Notes under the pieces: model-generated | What the model saw: the letters and a program-made list of their open reading frames with translations, nothing else | The model's database searches: none | What the model was told of the DNA's origin: nothing | Shown: piece after piece, positions 61,905 to 64,000 of the stretch | How the letters are laid out: each line of letters begins with the position of its first letter | How positions within the stretch are numbered: position 1 is the stretch's first letter | Assembly (NCBI GenBank): GCA_030141605.1 | Contig: JAQGDQ010000199.1 | Span: 1-64,000, forward strand | Source: Tubiluchus corallicola | Taxonomy: Eukaryota > Animalia > Priapulida | Length of the DNA stretch: 64,000 nt | Direction of reading: 5' to 3' | Translations under genes and position numbers: made by a program

Positions 61905-62249
61905 CTGCAACGAACAATGCACAAAATGAATATGCTCCATCTAGTGTCAAAAAACAGAAGCACTCACATATGCACCAGCTTCAAATGCGAACAAGACAAC
62001 TGAAATGTGCTATAAATCATGCATGCCGTACTTAGAATTTTTTGATAGTGATATACAGATATTCATCCACTTACAACCTATGCAACTTACGACTGTGCAC
62101 TGCCATACGTATACAACACCTTACACATAGCTACACTTTTGTCTACACACATGACTTCTTATATGTGTAGAGAATCTCCATTTGATTAAAAGGGTCCGAC
62201 TTGGGTGTAAGTCGCCTCACAACCAATTGTATTCGTAAATCGACGACGA

Positions 62250-64000
62250 CTTGTAATTAATGCAATTTAACTGGGTCCCACAGCTCAATGGTAGCGTGCT
62301 CGCTTACATTTGTAATTAATACAATTTAACCGGGTCCCACAGCTCAATGGTAGCGTGCTCGCTTACACTTGCAATTAATACAATTTAACCGGGTCCCACT
62401 CCTCAATGGTAGCGTGCTCGCTAACACTTGTAATTAATACTATTTAACCGGGTCCCACACCTCAATGGTAGCGTGCTCGCTTACACTTTTAATTAATACA
62501 ATTTAACCGGGTCCCACAGCTCAATGGTAGCGTGCTCGCTTACACTTGTAATTAATGCAATTTAACTGGGTCCCACAGCTCAATGGTAGCGTGCTCGCTT
62601 ACACTTGTAATTAATACAATTTAACCGGGTCCCACAGCTCAATGGTAGCGTGCTCGCTTACACTTGTAATTAATACAATTTAACCGGGTCGCACAGCGCA
62701 ATGGTAGCGTGCTCACTTACACTTGTAATTAATACAATTTAACCGCGTCCCACACCTCAATGGTAGCGTGCTCACTTACACTTGTAATTAATACAATTTA
62801 ACCGGGTCCCACACCTCAATGGTAGCGTGCTCGCTTACACTTGTAATTAATGCAATTTAACCGGGTCCCACACCTCAATGGTAGCGTGCTCGCTTACACT
62901 TGTAATTAATGCAATTTAACCGGGTCCCACACCTCAATGGTAGCGTGCTCGCTTACACTTGTAATTAATGCAATTTAACCGGGTCCCACACCTCAATGGT
63001 AGCGTGCTCGCTTACACTTGTAATTAATGCAATTTAACCGGGTCCCACACCTCAATGGTAGCATGCTCGCTTACACTTGTAATTAATGCAATTTAACCGG
63101 GTCCCACACCTCAATGATAGCGTGCTCGCTTACACTTGTAATTAATGCAATTTAACCGGGTCCCACACCTCAATGGTAGCGTGCTCGCTTACACTTGTAA
63201 TTAATGCAATTTAACCGGGTCCCACACCTCAATGGTAGCGTGCTCGCTTACACTTGTAATCAATGCAATTTAACCGGGTCCCACACCTCAATGGTAGCGT
63301 GCTCGCTTACACTTGTAATTAATGCAATTTAACCGGGTCCCACACCTCAATGGTAGCGTGCTCGCTTACACTTGTAATTAATCCAATTTAACCGGGTCCC
63401 ACAGCTCAATGGTAGCGTGCTCGCTTACACTTGTAATTAATACTATTTAACCGGGTCCCACAGCTCAATGGTAGCGTGCTCGCTTACACTTGTAATTAAT
63501 ACTATTTAACCGGGTCCCACAGCTCAATGGTAGCGTGCTCGCTTACACTTGTAATTAATACAATTTAACCGGGTCCCACACCTCAATGGTAGCGTGCTCG
63601 CTTACACTTGTAATTAATGCAATTTAACCGGGTCCCACACCTCAATGGTAGCGTGCTCGCTTACACTTGTAATTAATGCAATTTAACCGGGTCCCACACC
63701 TCAATGGTAGCGTGCTCGCTTACACTTGTAATTAATGCAATTTAACCGGGTCCCACACCTCAATGGTAGCGTGCTCGCTTACACTTGTAATTAATGCAAT
63801 TTAACCGGGTCCCACACCTCAATGGTAGCATGCTCGCTTACACTTGTAATTAATGCAATTTAACCGGGTCCCACAGCTCAATGGTAGCGTGCTCGCTTAC
63901 ACTTGTAATTAATACAATTTAACCGGGTCCCACAGCTCAATGGTAGCGTGCTCGCTTACACTTGTAATTAATACAATTTAACCGGGTCCCACAGCTCAAT
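62250..64000. repeat. 59-bp tandem satellite derived from the tRNA-SINE head, about 30 copies up to the window edge
   Basis: Unit ttgtaattaatgcaatttaaccgggtcccacacctcaatggtagcgtgctcgcttacac. About 38 bp of it aligns with the SINE head at about 50514-50551. Confidence 0.95.

Noticed and set aside
62250-64000. tRNA gene cluster or CRISPR array
   Set aside because: Only an A-box/D-arm-like portion is present, with no T arm, B box or acceptor stem, and there are no spacers.

Overview
AT-rich, intron-rich genomic DNA from a eukaryote, most likely an invertebrate animal; the taxon cannot be fixed from the sequence. Reconstructed genes: Rab7 (+, 4 coding exons, 1009-4649); two intronless 323-aa class A GPCR paralogues (11284-12255 +, and 36088-37059 -, nested antisense in cathepsin C intron 3); a single-exon 267-aa ORF resembling microbial DUF3472-type proteins (19398-20201, candidate horizontally acquired gene); an ankyrin-repeat plus Mab21/cGAS-like nucleotidyltransferase gene (-, ATG 27280) with an intact-looking catalytic triad, an N-myristoylation motif and a probable second coding exon at 23918-24133; cathepsin C (+, 9 exons, 28563-43667), head-to-head with that gene; and the last seven exons of a plexin (-, 50105-61904). 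Repeats include tRNA-derived and 5S-derived SINEs, RTE-type retroelement pieces, several MITE families and many local tandem arrays (22, 36, 41, 58, 59 and about 75 bp units). The 59-bp array is built from the head of the tRNA-SINE. The strongest leads are the putatively myristoylated ankyrin-cGLR immune sensor and the microbial-like ORF. All family assignments come from motif recognition by eye, with no database search.
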